A stretch of DNA of 64,000 nt from contig NC_090205.1 of NCBI RefSeq assembly GCF_033026475.1, positions 5,973,544 through 6,037,543 of the forward strand, written 5' to 3'. A program made the translations under genes and the position numbers. Below are positions 26,924 through 37,424 of this stretch, piece after piece. Numbering within the stretch: the first letter of the stretch is position 1; each line of letters opens with the position of its first letter. This DNA comes from Channa argus. Its lineage: Eukaryota. The notes under the pieces were generated by a model that did not search any database, had not been told where the DNA came from, and saw nothing but the letters and a program-made list of their open reading frames with translations.

Positions 26924-27055
26924 CAAAGTCCAGATCCAGCAGGTTCTGCGTGTCAGCAGAGGAGTGGAGCTTCAGATGTTCAAGAGTGAGCTTGGCAACA
27001 TTAAGCCTCTCCTCCATTCCTCCGGCCCCAGCAACTTTGTAGGAATCCTGTCTCG
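26924..27055 (+). CDS. parp4: parp4 exon 11 (start of the PARP catalytic domain; contains the HSS motif, which is H-G-S in human): SKVQIQQVLRVSRGVELQMFKSELGNIKPLLHSSGPSNFVGILS(R).
   Basis: Acceptor ctttgcag|c, donor tctcg|gtaaga. It is in frame with ORF 26838..27059 and matches human SKSPVDVLQIFRVGRVNETTEFLSKLGNVRPLLHGSPVQNIVGILCRG. Confidence 0.85.
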
Positions 27056-27084
27056 GTAAGACACACACACATTGTGTTGTTTTT

Positions 27085-27941
27085 CCTGGGGTCTTGCAGT
27101 ACATCCAGAAAATATTCCCAGCACTTATATGTCTCCACATTTTGTTATGTCACAGCCTTAATCCAAAATAGATTAAATTCTATATTTTCCTCAAAGTTCT
27201 ACAAACAACACCCCATAATGACAACGGGAAAAAGTTTGTTTAAAATCTTTGCAAATTTATGAATAATAAAATGAAAAAAATCACATGTATATCGGTATGA
27301 CATTCAAATTGAGCTCTGGTTGCATCCTGTTTCCACTGATAATCCTTCAGATGTTTCTACTCCTTGACTGGAGTCCACATGTGTGACATTCAGTTGATTG
27401 GACATGAGTTGGAAAAGCATACACGTGTCTATATAAAGGTCCCACACTTAACAGTGCATGTCAGAGCACAAACTAAGCCATGACGTACAAGGAATTGTCT
27501 GTAGACCTCAGAGAAAGGATTGTATCGAGGCACAGATCTGGGGAAAGGGCCCAATGAGCACAGTGGCCTCCATCATCTGTAAATGGAAAAAGTTTGGAAC
27601 CACCAGGACTCTTCCTAGAGCTGGCCGGCAAAACTGAGCGATCGAGAGAAGGGTCTTAGTCAGGGAGGTGACCAAGAACACGATGGTCTCTCTGAAAGAG
27701 CTCCAGCCTTTCTCTGTGGAGAGAGGAGAACATTCCAGAAGAACAACCATCTCTGCAGCACTTCACCAATCAGGCCTGTATGGTAAAGTGGCCAGACAGA
27801 AACGATTCCTTAGTAAAAGGCACATGACAGCTCATCCGAAGGACTCTCAGACCGTGAGAAACACAATTTTAAATACCCAAAAGGCTATAAGACAACAAAA
27901 TGGGGGGGAAAGTGCTGTGAATATGTTCCGGATGCACTGTA
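27085..27941 (+). mobile_element. Internally deleted, non-autonomous Tc1-like (Tc1/mariner) DNA transposon of ~0.86 kb, in the parp4 intron between exons 11 and 12.
   Basis: The 5' end tacatccagaaaatattcccagcac and the 3' end gtgctgtgaatatgttccggatgcactgta are inverted copies of the fish Tc1 terminal repeat (tacagtgcattcggaaagtattcag). It has the typical Tc1 subterminal motifs ccacattttgttatgtcacagccttaatccaaaatagattaaatt and ccccataatgacaa. A frameshifted transposase N-terminus (KELSVDLRERIVSRHRSGE ... VTKNTMVSLKELQ...RRTTISAALHQSGLYGKVARQKRFLSKRHM) overlaps ORF 27668..28027. The DDE catalytic core is missing. Confidence 0.8.
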
Positions 27942-28522
27942 TCCTTAATGAATGTCCTAACCCAAAACTCTACTATAGATCAAACATATATTATAAAACA
28001 CATCTTAATGAGATTTTATGGTTTTAATGTCACTGCCTGTCGCAACCCACAATCGATTACTAACCACAAATTATGAGAAAATTAACTTTTGAGTGACATA
28101 GGAAATCACAAATGAATATCTAAAGCTAGACTGGCCATAATAGGGGAATGCTAAACAATAGGATTATCAGATATTGTTTGGGTTTGTTTCTATATCTAGT
28201 CGACTACTGGGGCTATTGACTCTGTTTCATTAGATGCAGTTTTCCCAACATGATCCTTCAAGGTTTATGAATAAATAAAGCTCAAATTTGCAAGCAGTGA
28301 CCCTCAGGAGCTTTTTGTAGCCTGGACTGAAAGACACTGTAGTGACAGTTTGATAGTTCACTTCCTTAATAATTCATGTGGTGCTTCTTTCTAAATGTAT
28401 CCATTATTTAAGTCTATTAATATTTTGCATAATAGTTTGCATATGTGATGTGGCGATGCTGACAAACTGACTAAGGTTCTAATCAATAAGTAAAAAAATG
28501 TTGTTATCCATTCTGTCTTCAG

Positions 28523-28621
28523 TGGCCTGCTGTTGCCCCGTGTTGGAGTGGAGCACCATGGGATAGAACGAACCGATGTTGGTAATCTGGGCAGTGGAAT
28601 CTACTTTAGTGATGCTGTTAG
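28523..28621 (+). CDS. parp4: parp4 exon 12 (catalytic): (R)GLLLPRVGVEHHGIERTDVGNLGSGIYFSDAV.
   Basis: Acceptor gtcttcag|t, donor gttag|gttagt. It matches human GLLLPKVVEDRGVQRTDVGNLGSGIYFSDSL. Confidence 0.85.
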
Positions 28622-28940
28622 GTTAGTAGATATTGTCCTTAACTTGAGGTAAACAATTTTTTTTTTTTTTTGTACTGAAAGGAAAAAAACAAAAATCAAG
28701 AATCATGTCTTCACTACAATTTTTGTACACACATCAATATTTACTTCAAACTGTGACCTATCAGCACAGAGCAGGGGAATACGAACTGAAGAGGGCATAG
28801 CATAAATGTGTGTATATGAGAAAGTTGGATTCTGACTTTGGTTATATGCACATAACTCGTTCTATGTCTATGAAACATCAGGTTAGTTACATCACTTAAC
28901 CATGGCAACAACAGTGTCATTGTTTATCTTCCATCCTCAG

Positions 28941-29124
28941 CACCAGTTTGAAATACTCCAGGCCCAGTGAGACAGACGGCTCTCGGCTTCTGTTGGTGTG
29001 TGATGTGGCGCTTGGACGCTGCTGGGATGTCCACAACAGAGACGTCACACTGACTCAGGCTCCTGAGGGACACCACAGTGTGCACGGTGTCCGTCGCACC
29101 CCGAAGGTTCAGTCTGAGTTTGAG
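28941..29124 (+). CDS. parp4: parp4 exon 13 (catalytic): STSLKYSRPSETDGSRLLLVCDVALGRCWDVHNRDVTLTQAPEGHHSVHGVRRTPKVQSEFE.
   Basis: Acceptor tcctcag|c, donor tttgag|gtatgt. It is in frame with ORF 28948..29205 and matches human STSIKYSHPGETDGTRLLLICDVALGKCMDLHEKDFSLTEAPPGYDSVHGVSQTASVTTDFE. Confidence 0.9.
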
Positions 29125-29563
29125 GTATGTGTGTGTGTATGTAGATACTGCTGTTACTTAGTCATTTCTAATATGGAGTGTCTGCACTTTATTGTGACAT
29201 TGTAAGGTGGTCAAATGGATTTATATTTTAAAAAACATGATGTCAACCACCTGAAAGCAAAAAGAGCTCATATATTTGTTGTATCAAAAGTCAACAATCT
29301 GCACTGCACTGTTTAGTTAGGTTTTTGGTAGCATGCTGAAGTGTGCAGTGATCCAAAAATATTTTTCCTTGTCTGTAAAGACAAGTATACATGTGATACA
29401 AGTAAGTATCTTTTCAAGGCAAGAAAAGTTATCCCCACTATATTATCATGTTTTTGAAATGGAGGTATACTGTCAAACCTAATGTGGTTATATTTGACCT
29501 AATATTTTTACAAATGTAATGCTCTTAACATCTGTGGCTATGTCTGCTGTGCTTGTGCGTCAG

Positions 29564-29705
29564 GATGATGAATATGTGGTCTACAGTCCTGATCAGGTGC
29601 AACTGAAATATGTGGTTCAATTCAGCCTTGAGGGAGAACAACTGATGGAGTTCAGTCCTGCCATCGACACCTTAGCTGAGCTGTGTCTGCCCTCCTCTGA
29701 CCAAG
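29564..29705 (+). CDS. parp4: parp4 exon 14 (catalytic, contains the catalytic Glu in DDEYVVY): DDEYVVYSPDQVQLKYVVQFSLEGEQLMEFSPAIDTLAELCLPSSDQ.
   Basis: Acceptor gcgtcag|gat, donor accaag|gtgaac. It is in frame with ORF 29519..29782 and matches human DDEFVVYKTNQVKMKYIIKFSMPGDQIKDFHPSDHTELEEY. Confidence 0.85.
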
Positions 29706-30122
29706 GTGAACACCCAACATCTACAAAATATTTCTCCTTAGGTGCTTTTTTTGTTTGCTTTTTGATTAGAGGACAAATTTGACTTGGTAAGGGGACATGG
29801 ACACTAATTATATTTGTTTTGTTATTAAAAGAATCAAGATTTGTCTAGCTGTGAAATTAATGGCCTTTGAAAGCATAAATGTGTCAAACTTAGTCCATTA
29901 TATTTGACTTAAAACTAGGCAAAATCCCTTATGTGCACTTTTTTTATTATTTACGTATTTGTGTATAAAGCTACAGACCAAAACCTCTGTGCAACAAAGA
30001 CATTTTCAGTCATGCCGGAATGAATGATCTGAGTGTTATTTTAGCTGGAAAACATTTAGGGGACCTCTGGGACCTGTGTAAGGTTGTAAAAGAATTGGTA
30101 ATACACGCTCAGAATATGGAAA

Positions 30123-30130
<8 letters not shown>

Positions 30131-30189
<59 letters not shown>

Positions 30190-30196
30190 TTTTAAT
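30131..30196. repeat. (TA)20 followed by a T22 tract, in the parp4 intron.
   Basis: Read directly from the sequence. Confidence 0.95.
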
Positions 30197-30275
30197 TTTT
30201 TTTAAATCTACATTCTTTTTGTACAGTTGTAAATTTAGTTGTCCTGTGTTTGTCTCTTTATCTGTGTGTGTGTAG

Positions 30276-30418
30276 AGCTCAGTGCAGAGGATGACGGAAT
30301 TGAAAGCATTAAAAACCCACTGGATGATGTGAAGGCTGGACTGTTGGACAGCTCTGGTCAGCAGCTGCCCCTGCAGTCAGTGCACGTGAGGTGCAAACTG
30401 GTGGATCTGCTCTCTCAG
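30276..30418 (+). CDS. parp4: parp4 exon 15 (start of the VIT domain): ELSAEDDGIESIKNPLDDVKAGLLDSSGQQLPLQSVHVRCKLVDLLSQ.
   Basis: Acceptor gtgtgtag|ag, donor tctcag|gtgagc. It is in frame with ORF 30239..30475 and matches human KAGLQDASGNLVPLEDVHIKGRIIDTVAQ. Confidence 0.85.
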
Positions 30419-30603
30419 GTGAGCAAAGGGATTAGTTCAGTGCTTTTCTTTGTATTTTTTTCTGCAGAACCATGAGCTGATGGTTGACCTGAACTAGTGG
30501 CTGCACAATTTTACTGACTGCCACTTGCTCTCAAATACATTATTGACAGTATTTCTTACATTTCTTCTGAAAATCTGTCTCCTTTTTTTAAAAAACATTT
30601 TAG

Positions 30604-30735
30604 GTGGTCATATTTCAGAAATACACCAACATGAGCTCTGTGCCCATTGAGGCAAAATATGTCTTCCCATTAGATGATTCTGCAGCAGTGTGTGGATTTG
30701 AAGCTTTCATTAATGGGAAACATGTGGTGGGACAG
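30604..30735 (+). CDS. parp4: parp4 exon 16 (VIT): VVIFQKYTNMSSVPIEAKYVFPLDDSAAVCGFEAFINGKHVVGQ.
   Basis: Acceptor ttttag|gtg, donor gacag|gtaacg. It is a near-identical match to human VIVFQTYTNKSHVPIEAKYIFPLDDKAAVCGFEAFINGKHIVGE. Confidence 0.9.
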
Positions 30736-30863
30736 GTAACGAAAAGTACATTTATTTTGAGTGGTTCCTAGATTTTGAGGCGCCATTCATCTAACCACAC
30801 CATTAAAGAAATACACTGAGCAAATCCTATTTAACCTTGTTTTTGTGTCCTTTTTGCTTTCAG

Positions 30864-30950
30864 GTGAAGGAAAAAGAAACCGCTCGCAGGGAGTACAAGC
30901 AAGCTATTGAGAAAGGTCATGGGGCATACCTTATGGATCAAGACGCCCCT
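30864..30950 (+). CDS. parp4: parp4 exon 17 (VIT): VKEKETARREYKQAIEKGHGAYLMDQDAP.
   Basis: Acceptor ctttcag|gtg, donor cccct|gtatgt. It is in frame with ORF 30837..31055 and matches human IKEKEEAQQEYLEAVTQGHGAYLMSQDAP. Confidence 0.9.
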
Positions 30951-31121
30951 GTATGTCCAGGTCTTAACGCACATCACCATGCAGATTCCAGCTTTCAAAT
31001 CCAGCATTTTCTAATCATGGCATTTTCGCACCCTTTCATTCATGTTGAGAATTAATTGACTGAAAAAAGTGTAGTTCTGCATTAATGGTTTTTTTGTTTT
31101 GTTTTTTCGTGCTCCCTGCAG

Positions 31122-31286
31122 GACGTGTTCACCATCAGCGTTGGCAATCTGCCCCCCGGCGCAACTGTTCTCATTAAAGTTACCTTTGTGTCGGAGCTGA
31201 TTGTCAGGGATGGAAGTATCCTCTTCTCCCTGCCTGGGAGTGTGGCTCCATGGCAGGAGAGTGCAGCCCTCAACCAAACCACACAG
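31122..31286 (+). CDS. parp4: parp4 exon 18 (VIT): DVFTISVGNLPPGATVLIKVTFVSELIVRDGSILFSLPGSVAPWQESAALNQTTQ.
   Basis: Acceptor ccctgcag|gac, donor acacag|gtaaga. It matches human DVFTVSVGNLPPKAKVLIKITYITELSILGTVGVFFMPATVAPWQQDKALNENLQ. Confidence 0.9.
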
Positions 31287-31696
31287 GTAAGAGGTTTCTG
31301 AGTGGGGTGTGGGGTGACCACATTCATCGGGTGACCAGTTGTCAGATAATGTATATATTCAAGTGCAGACAGATTTTAAACGGCCAGAAATTTGAACAGG
31401 CCTCATTGGCAGAAACCGTTAACTAAAGGAAAACGTGGGTCCATTCACTGGGTTTTCTGCAAACATGAATAACAGAACTGTGTAGGAGATGCTTATTTAA
31501 AACCTTGTGCCCAAAATCCAAGATGCCCCCCTCAATGACTGATGTGCTTGAATTCTATTTAGTGTTTAAAAAGGGAGCAAGAATATATATAAATCAGCAT
31601 CTCTCATGTTATAGTACTTAAGAGGCTCTGTGTTGAAAGAAAAATTACTTTTACTATTTTCATCAGTACTTTTTATGCGTTTCCATCTGTCAATAG

Positions 31697-31743
31697 GTCA
31701 CAGTGGAGAAGGTGTGTGTGACAGACGAGGCCGCAAGTACGAG
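31697..31743 (+). CDS. parp4: parp4 exon 19 (47 nt): VTVEKVCVTDEAAST.
   Basis: Acceptor caatag|gtc, donor acgag|gtgagc. It matches human DTVEKICIKEIGTK. The phase-2 exit is completed by exon 20. Confidence 0.75.
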
Positions 31744-32018
31744 GTGAGCAATATTATGTGTTTGGAACATTTTGTGAAATGTATGTTAAACGTAGCCTAG
31801 TTTTTAATCCGGGAAATCCTTGTGTCATTAAACCTGACTCTTGTTTTTAGTGTTTGCTGTTCAGGTACAGAATGGGTCTGACATTTGTGTTTGTAAAAAC
31901 TTCTGAATAGAAAATTTGTGTTGGCCTTCTAGTGGTTCCCTTTGTGGTCTTCCTTATTTATTTTGTAATACACAGCAGAATGTGTGTAATGAGAGGCTGT
32001 GTTTTATGTTTTCCTCAG

Positions 32019-32100
32019 GGATTTTACCCTGGATATGTCAGTTGAGATGCCCTATGAGATCTCGAGCTTGAAATGCATCACTCACAATGTCAAAATCAAG
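32019..32100 (+). CDS. parp4: parp4 exon 20: (R)DFTLDMSVEMPYEISSLKCITHNVKIK.
   Basis: Acceptor tcctcag|g, donor atcaag|gtaatt. It matches human QSFSLTMSIEMPYVIEFI...HELKQK. Confidence 0.8.
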
Positions 32101-32685
32101 GTAATTGGCGGTTTTGCACTTTTCTTAATCCTGTGCATTGATCAGGTCTAATTGGGATCTTACACAGGTCTGGGAAGTCTAGAAAAGTGTGGCAAATTAA
32201 TTTTGTTTTTGCATTGACACTAGTTGAGTTTGAGTTGAATCTAGCAAAAGGTTTAACATATTCTACCTAAATATGCTGATTACTTTTTTTTTTTTCTTTA
32301 CATTCAAAATTAATTTCTAGAAATTCTTGGAGATTTGTTTGAAGCTGTACCACTTTGCACAGCCTGCATACATTTAAAATAAATCTTTTTTGACAAACTA
32401 ATGTGAGGTTGTCTACACAACACATTTAATCACATTTAGTTAATCACATAGTTGCTGTATAAATTGTCTTTCTCTAATCAGAGAATTTGTTATAGTTAAT
32501 GATTCGTCATACCTGTATTTTTATGTCAAATGGCTGAATATCTGCTTATTACAGTGTCAATATTCTTGCTTTACTCAAGTTTAACTGTTTGAAAAATGTG
32601 TCATCTTTAGTCTCAGTTATGACATCTTTGGGTACCAATTTGTCATTATTTATCATTAATCCATATTTTGTTTGTGATCCAATAG

Positions 32686-32823
32686 AAAACTGACTGTAAG
32701 GCAGTGGTGAGTGTACTGCCAGGAGAGGTCATGGGGTCAGAAGGTTTCCAGCTGTCGGTCACACTCTCTGAGGTTCACCTGCCCAGGATGTGGGTGGAGA
32801 AACACCCTGACAAAGACAGTCAG
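32686..32823 (+). CDS. parp4: parp4 exon 21: KTDCKAVVSVLPGEVMGSEGFQLSVTLSEVHLPRMWVEKHPDKDSQ.
   Basis: Acceptor ccaatag|aaa, donor gtcag|gtctgc. It is in frame with ORF 32704..32901 and matches human RTDCKAVISTMEGSSLDSSGFSLHIGLSAAYLPRMWVEKHPEKESE. Confidence 0.9.
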
Positions 32824-32901
32824 GTCTGCCTATTTGCCTTTTTAGTTTTGTCTCAGTTTGTTACTTTTTTAAATTGTAATTTCTCTCTCTCTCTCCAATA
32901 G

Positions 32902-33091
32902 GCCTGCATGTTGGTTTTCTATCCAGACTTTGACATCAATTGCAGTTCAGCATATGATGAAGTTGTCCTGTTGCTGGATACGTCAGAGTCCATGAAGGGA
33001 GAGTCTCTCCATACAGCCCAGAGAATCGCCCTGCAAGTCCTTAAGAGCCTCAACCAAAACCTTCGAGTCAATGTCATTTTGTTTGGCACAG
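32902..33091 (+). CDS. parp4: parp4 exon 22 (start of the vWA domain with the MIDAS motif D-x-S-x-S, here DTSES): ACMLVFYPDFDINCSSAYDEVVLLLDTSESMKGESLHTAQRIALQVLKSLNQNLRVNVILFGT.
   Basis: Acceptor ccaatag|gcc, donor gcacag|gtcagt. It is in frame with ORF 32908..33117 and matches human ACMLVFQPDLDVDL...EVIICLDCSSSMEGVTFLQAKQIALHALSLVGEKQKVNIIQFGTG. Confidence 0.9.
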
Positions 33092-33539
33092 GTCAGTTTT
33101 ATTCTTTTGAGGTTTGATGTATAGTGATGGTAGAAAGTACATGTTAAAGGAGATGATATAGTAAAACTTTACACCACCTGTAACTATTAAAGGACATAAC
33201 AATTAACGATAAAAGAAAACATATATATAATACAATATATCACATTTGACCATATTCAATATCAATAGACCATTTTGAAATCCATAAAACTAAATCGGTG
33301 GTTTTGGTAATACAGTGATAAAGGTATAAACTGAGAGATTTATCTTACATGAGCTAAATAAAAAAAATAAATAAATAAAAATGCCCCTTAACAAACCAAA
33401 TTCTGTTTATATCTTAAACCATTTCAGTTTCTCAGACTTTGACCTTACCAAATATTTTACAAAAGTAACTTCTGTATATACACTGCATATACACTGTATC
33501 AGTCAGTAATATTTTCCTAACATGAATTGTGTTTGTCAG

Positions 33540-33610
33540 ATCACACAGAAGCTTTCCTAACAGCACAGCCGCTTGTTGAAGCTCGTCAGGCAGCAGAGCG
33601 ATTCGTGAAG
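33540..33610 (+). CDS. parp4: parp4 exon 23 (vWA): (G)DHTEAFLTAQPLVEARQAAERFVK.
   Basis: Acceptor tgtcag|at, donor gtgaag|gtgagt. The phase is continuous with exon 22. Confidence 0.7.
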
Positions 33611-33889
33611 GTGAGTTGTGAAACTATAGCTATAAGGATTAATAAACAATGATGCTCCAAAGCTCTGGCATTAAACAAGTATATATTGTTTTATAAACTT
33701 TATTTTTGAATATGGTTATTTCCAGTGATTAATGTCATTACCTACTAATGTACTATTATAACATACTAAATATGAAACTGCACAGCATCTTAAACTTCTT
33801 ACCCTGTTCTGACTTTGGATAATGCATTATCTAAGATTCCCTACTTTATTTTTTTTTTTGGTTTTGCCTTCAACCTACACACACAATAA

Positions 33890-33941
33890 ATAGGTGTGTG
33901 TGTTTATATATATATCTATATATATCTATATATAGATATAT

Positions 33942-33976
<35 letters not shown>

Positions 33977-33995
33977 TAGATATAGATATATTTAT
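33890..33995. repeat. (TATA)/(GATA)n compound microsatellite.
   Basis: Read directly from the sequence (tatatatatctatatatatctatatatagatatatatagatagatagatagatag...). Confidence 0.95.
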
Positions 33996-34249
33996 AGAGA
34001 GAGAGAGAATTTTAGGGTACCTGTTCTCATTTTGTTGAAGGTCGTTCAAGGACCTTCAACAAAATGAGAACAGGTACCCTAAAATACCCTAAATTCCAAC
34101 TTTGCGAGTGTGCAAAGATCGTGAGCTCTTGGTGATAGTGACACCAGATTAACCAACTAGTTCACTGACAAGTGAAGTGGTTTAAACCAAATGATCTAAA
34201 TGCAACATATAACATTCTGCTCTTAAAACTCTCCTCTCCTTGTTGTCAG

Positions 34250-34437
34250 CTCCTCTCTCCAGTAGGAGGCAGCACTGAGCTGTGGCGACCCCTGCGGGCT
34301 CTCAGCCTGTTGCCTCCGACAAACGGCATTAGGAACCTGGTGCTGCTGTCTGACGGCCACATCCAGAACCCAGACCTCACCCTGCAGCTGCTCAGAGACA
34401 ATGCTCAGCATAGCCGCCTCTTCACCTGTGGACTCAG
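34250..34437 (+). CDS. parp4: parp4 exon 24 (vWA): LLSPVGGSTELWRPLRALSLLPPTNGIRNLVLLSDGHIQNPDLTLQLLRDNAQHSRLFTCGL.
   Basis: Acceptor gttgtcag|ctc, donor actcag|gtctgt. It is in frame with ORF 34172..34666 and matches human TPTMGNTDFWKTLRYLSLLYPARGSRNILLVSDGHLQDESLTLQLVKRSRPHTRLFACGI. Confidence 0.9.
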
Positions 34438-34685
34438 GTCTGTAACGGGAAAGGGGTGTTGGAAAACATGGAGGTGTGGGGATATTCAATTGATACCAGT
34501 CTTAATACTCAGTGACAGTCAGAAAAGATTTAAACTATACAAATGGATAAACACCGAGCTCAGATGTCTTTATGTAAAAAAGGTTTATGTATGTATCTTT
34601 AGTCTACAGTGCAGCAGTGGCTGTGGTGCTCTGCACACTGACCTGTTTTCGATACAGACATTTTAAAGATGTGTCATAATTTCAG

Positions 34686-34785
34686 CGCAACGGCCAATCG
34701 GCACATGCTGAGGGCTCTGGCCCAGGCAGGGGGTGGAGCCTACGAATTCTTTGACACAAAAACCAAACACAACTGGACAGAAAAG
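34686..34785 (+). CDS. parp4: parp4 exon 25 (vWA): (S)ATANRHMLRALAQAGGGAYEFFDTKTKHNWTEK.
   Basis: Acceptor ttcag|c, donor aaaag|gtaaga. It matches human GSTANRHVLRILSQCGAGVFEYFNAKSKHSWRKQ. Confidence 0.9.
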
Positions 34786-35668
34786 GTAAGATGACAACCC
34801 AAAATTTACTGTGTCCTGTTGTCCAAGGGACACAATATTTGGGGATCTGCAACAATAAAGAAAGTAAGCACATTTACTTTTTAATGGTTAAACTACAGCA
34901 CGAAAATATCAAGATTTGTGTTCTGAAATCATGGCATATAAATTCTTCAAGACACCACCGAGATTGGCGAATAGGAAAATAAACTTGTGTAGCAGCTTCT
35001 TCTCTCTGAGTGATTGAGGGCAGAGCTCAGCTAAGTCTCCCTGTCTGCAGCAGAGAGGGAGTTTCATAACATGCAGCTGCCAGCTAATCAATCCTAATAT
35101 CAGATTCTACTCTAGCTGGTATAACCATTTGTTATGCTCTTGATTTCTAATAAAAAAAAAAAAAAAAAAGAGCTTAACGGGACAATATCTTTAGATTATT
35201 TGAAAAAATAATTGATAGATTAATCGACAAAAAAATAATCATCGTGCAGATCTACAGATTTGACACTGATATTTTCAAATTGTTCAGGTATTCATGTTAT
35301 GTTATATGTCCAATCATTAATGGAGCCTAGTTATTTGACACGATTATCTCCAAAGTGTTCATTTGTACAGTTTTAATAATAGTCAGTGCATTAACACAAT
35401 GATGGTGGTCTCACACCCCCCGTTATAGATCACTGTATTATACAATCTTATACATTTATCTGAATTCCTGTTGTACTGATAGCAGTTACGTATTTTGGCC
35501 ACTTGGGAGCAGTGGAAACAAGTTGTTAATAATTTTTGATACACTGATTTTACAACCTCCATCAAGGACTGAACGCAGTATTGTAAATTGCCATTTTATT
35601 AAAAACACTCAATGCATGAATATTTATATTTTCTCTTTATGACTGCTTATTTGGTGTAATTAATGTTG

Positions 35669-35703
<35 letters not shown>

Positions 35704-35853
35704 GCTGCTGTAAATATGCATTTGTCAATGTGGAGATGCATTTCACACAAGCGGCTCCATCCCAAGGAATATTCTGGCAATAATCATCCAGCAGGACTCA
35801 CATTTTGCCATAGAGTTAAATAACTTGTGTTAATGTGTCTGTGGTAATGGCAG

Positions 35854-36024
35854 GTAGCGTGTCAGGTGAAGCGCATGACATCTCCTGGTTGCAATTCAGT
35901 GTCAGTGAAGTGGCAGCAGTTCAATCCAAGAGCCCCAGTTCCTGTGCAAGCCCCCAAGCAGATCCATGCTTTGTTCAACGACTGTCACACTTTGGTTTAT
36001 GGGTTTGTGCCACACTGTACTCAG
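35854..36024 (+). CDS. parp4: parp4 exon 26: VACQVKRMTSPGCNSVSVKWQQFNPRAPVPVQAPKQIHALFNDCHTLVYGFVPHCTQ.
   Basis: Acceptor ggcag|gta, donor ctcag|gtatgc. The frame is anchored on ORF 35866..36054. It matches human RLCSPSCHSVSVKWQQLNPDAPEALQAPAQVPSLFRNDRLLVYGFIPHCTQ. Confidence 0.9.
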
Positions 36025-36506
36025 GTATGCAGTTTGTATACAGTATATGCCTAAAAACTATAAATGCAGCTCAGTTGTTAACTCAATAAAACATTAGAAA
36101 GTACTTAAAAATGCAGTTTTGCAATTGGCCTGTAACTTCATACAGGCCACTCTCCTTGGAAACCTGGGGGGTCAAGAGCTTAAAACCATGGTGTCAACCA
36201 GCGAGCTTCAGAAGACCAGGGGAACAGTAAGAACACACTCTCACACTCACCGGCCCCAATAGTAACAGTAACTACATGTGTTTTAACACTAGCTGAACCT
36301 GAAATCAGAAGGGAAACTTGTCTGACACATAAACACATTAACTATTTTACCCTGCAGAGAACTGAGATTACCTGCACTTACGTAACCAGGTTACAATCAG
36401 CATAACACAGTTCATGTATACTCTAATATAATAAATGCAACTTTATAATGATTGTCTTTATAATGAGAATGGTGAGATGGCGTTATATCTGTTTTTGTGT
36501 CTTCAG

Positions 36507-36587
36507 TTTCTTCACAAACTCACAGCGAGGGCCTTAATTAGGGACTACGAAGATGGAAACCTGGATGCCGATGAAGCTGAACATGAG
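36507..36587 (+). CDS. parp4: parp4 exon 27: FLHKLTARALIRDYEDGNLDADEAEHE.
   Basis: Acceptor tcttcag|ttt, donor catgag|gtgtgt. It is in frame with ORF 36435..36626 and matches human IHKLAARALIRDYEDGILHENETSHE. Confidence 0.9.
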
Positions 36588-36675
36588 GTGTGTTTGCGTG
36601 AGACCAAAAGTGACACAGCTTGGTAAAACGTCCCCTCTGAGCTCCACCTGTTGACGTGGGTTTTTGCTTTTCCAG

Positions 36676-36771
36676 GGAAAGAAAGCAGAGTTGAAGTCCT
36701 TCATTGTGGAGTTAAGCAAAGAATACTCCATTCTGTCTCAGTTCACCAGCTTTGTGGCCATCGAGGAAAGG
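36676..36771 (+). CDS. parp4: parp4 exon 28: GKKAELKSFIVELSKEYSILSQFTSFVAIEER.
   Basis: Acceptor ttttccag|gga, donor gaaagg|gttcgt. It is in frame with ORF 36664..36927 and matches human MKKQTLKSLIIKLSKENSLITQFTSFVAVEKR. Confidence 0.85.
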
Positions 36772-36927
36772 GTTCGTGCAATTTTCAGCCTGTTTTCACA
36801 TGTGGACTGTTTATGGTTTTCACTTCTAGTAGCCCGTCCATTCACTGATGAAGCTACACATCCTGGAAGTTTTTTCATATGTGCTTTGAAGCTTCCAAAT
36901 CAACCTAACTTATCTCCGTTGTTTTAG

Positions 36928-37110
36928 GACTCAGAAATAACAGAGCAGGGCGTCACAGACATCCCCAAGTTAATCGCAGAGGAAGATGTGGACTTCCTCC
37001 CCTACATCCGCTGGGTTTCTCCTCAGCAAAGTGAAGAGGAGGAGTCGGAGTCGGAGGAGGAGTTGGAGGAGGAATCAGCTTGTTGTTATTATACGGCGGA
37101 TTGTTATATT
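36928..37110 (+). CDS. parp4: parp4 exon 29: DSEITEQGVTDIPKLIAEEDVDFLPYIRWVSPQQSEEEESESEEELEEESACCYYTADCYI (acidic tract).
   Basis: Acceptor ttttag|gac, donor tatatt|gtaagt. The first half matches human DENESPFPDIPKVSELIAKEDVDFLPYMSWQGE. The second half is lineage-specific acidic low complexity. The donor position is less certain. Confidence 0.6.
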
Positions 37111-37424
37111 GTAAGTCGTTTAAATTGAGGGGAAGCAAATTTCCATATTGGGATTTACTAATTTGCCTCACTGTTTTGTGTATATTTATAATAAGGATCG
37201 AGAATTACACTTGCTGTATAGGTGAATGGTTAGTCCGTACACTCATAAACGGCAAGCTGCACGTTTGGCATTTTTCGAGGTGCCACAAATGCATGTTTTA
37301 GATATATGTATTTTTAGTGCACGCTGCTCTATTCATGTGTAAGGGTATGTTAATGTACATTGGGAAAGAATTTTGTGTGTCAGATAACGTTTCCTAAAGT
37401 TTGCTGCTTCCTTATTTCTCATAG

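Noticed and set aside
34011-34110. Telomeric repeats (ttaggg / ccctaa words)
   Set aside because: There are only single hexamers flanking the palindrome, not an interstitial telomeric array.
34223-34489. 88-aa minus-strand ORF
   Set aside because: It is antisense to parp4 exon 24.
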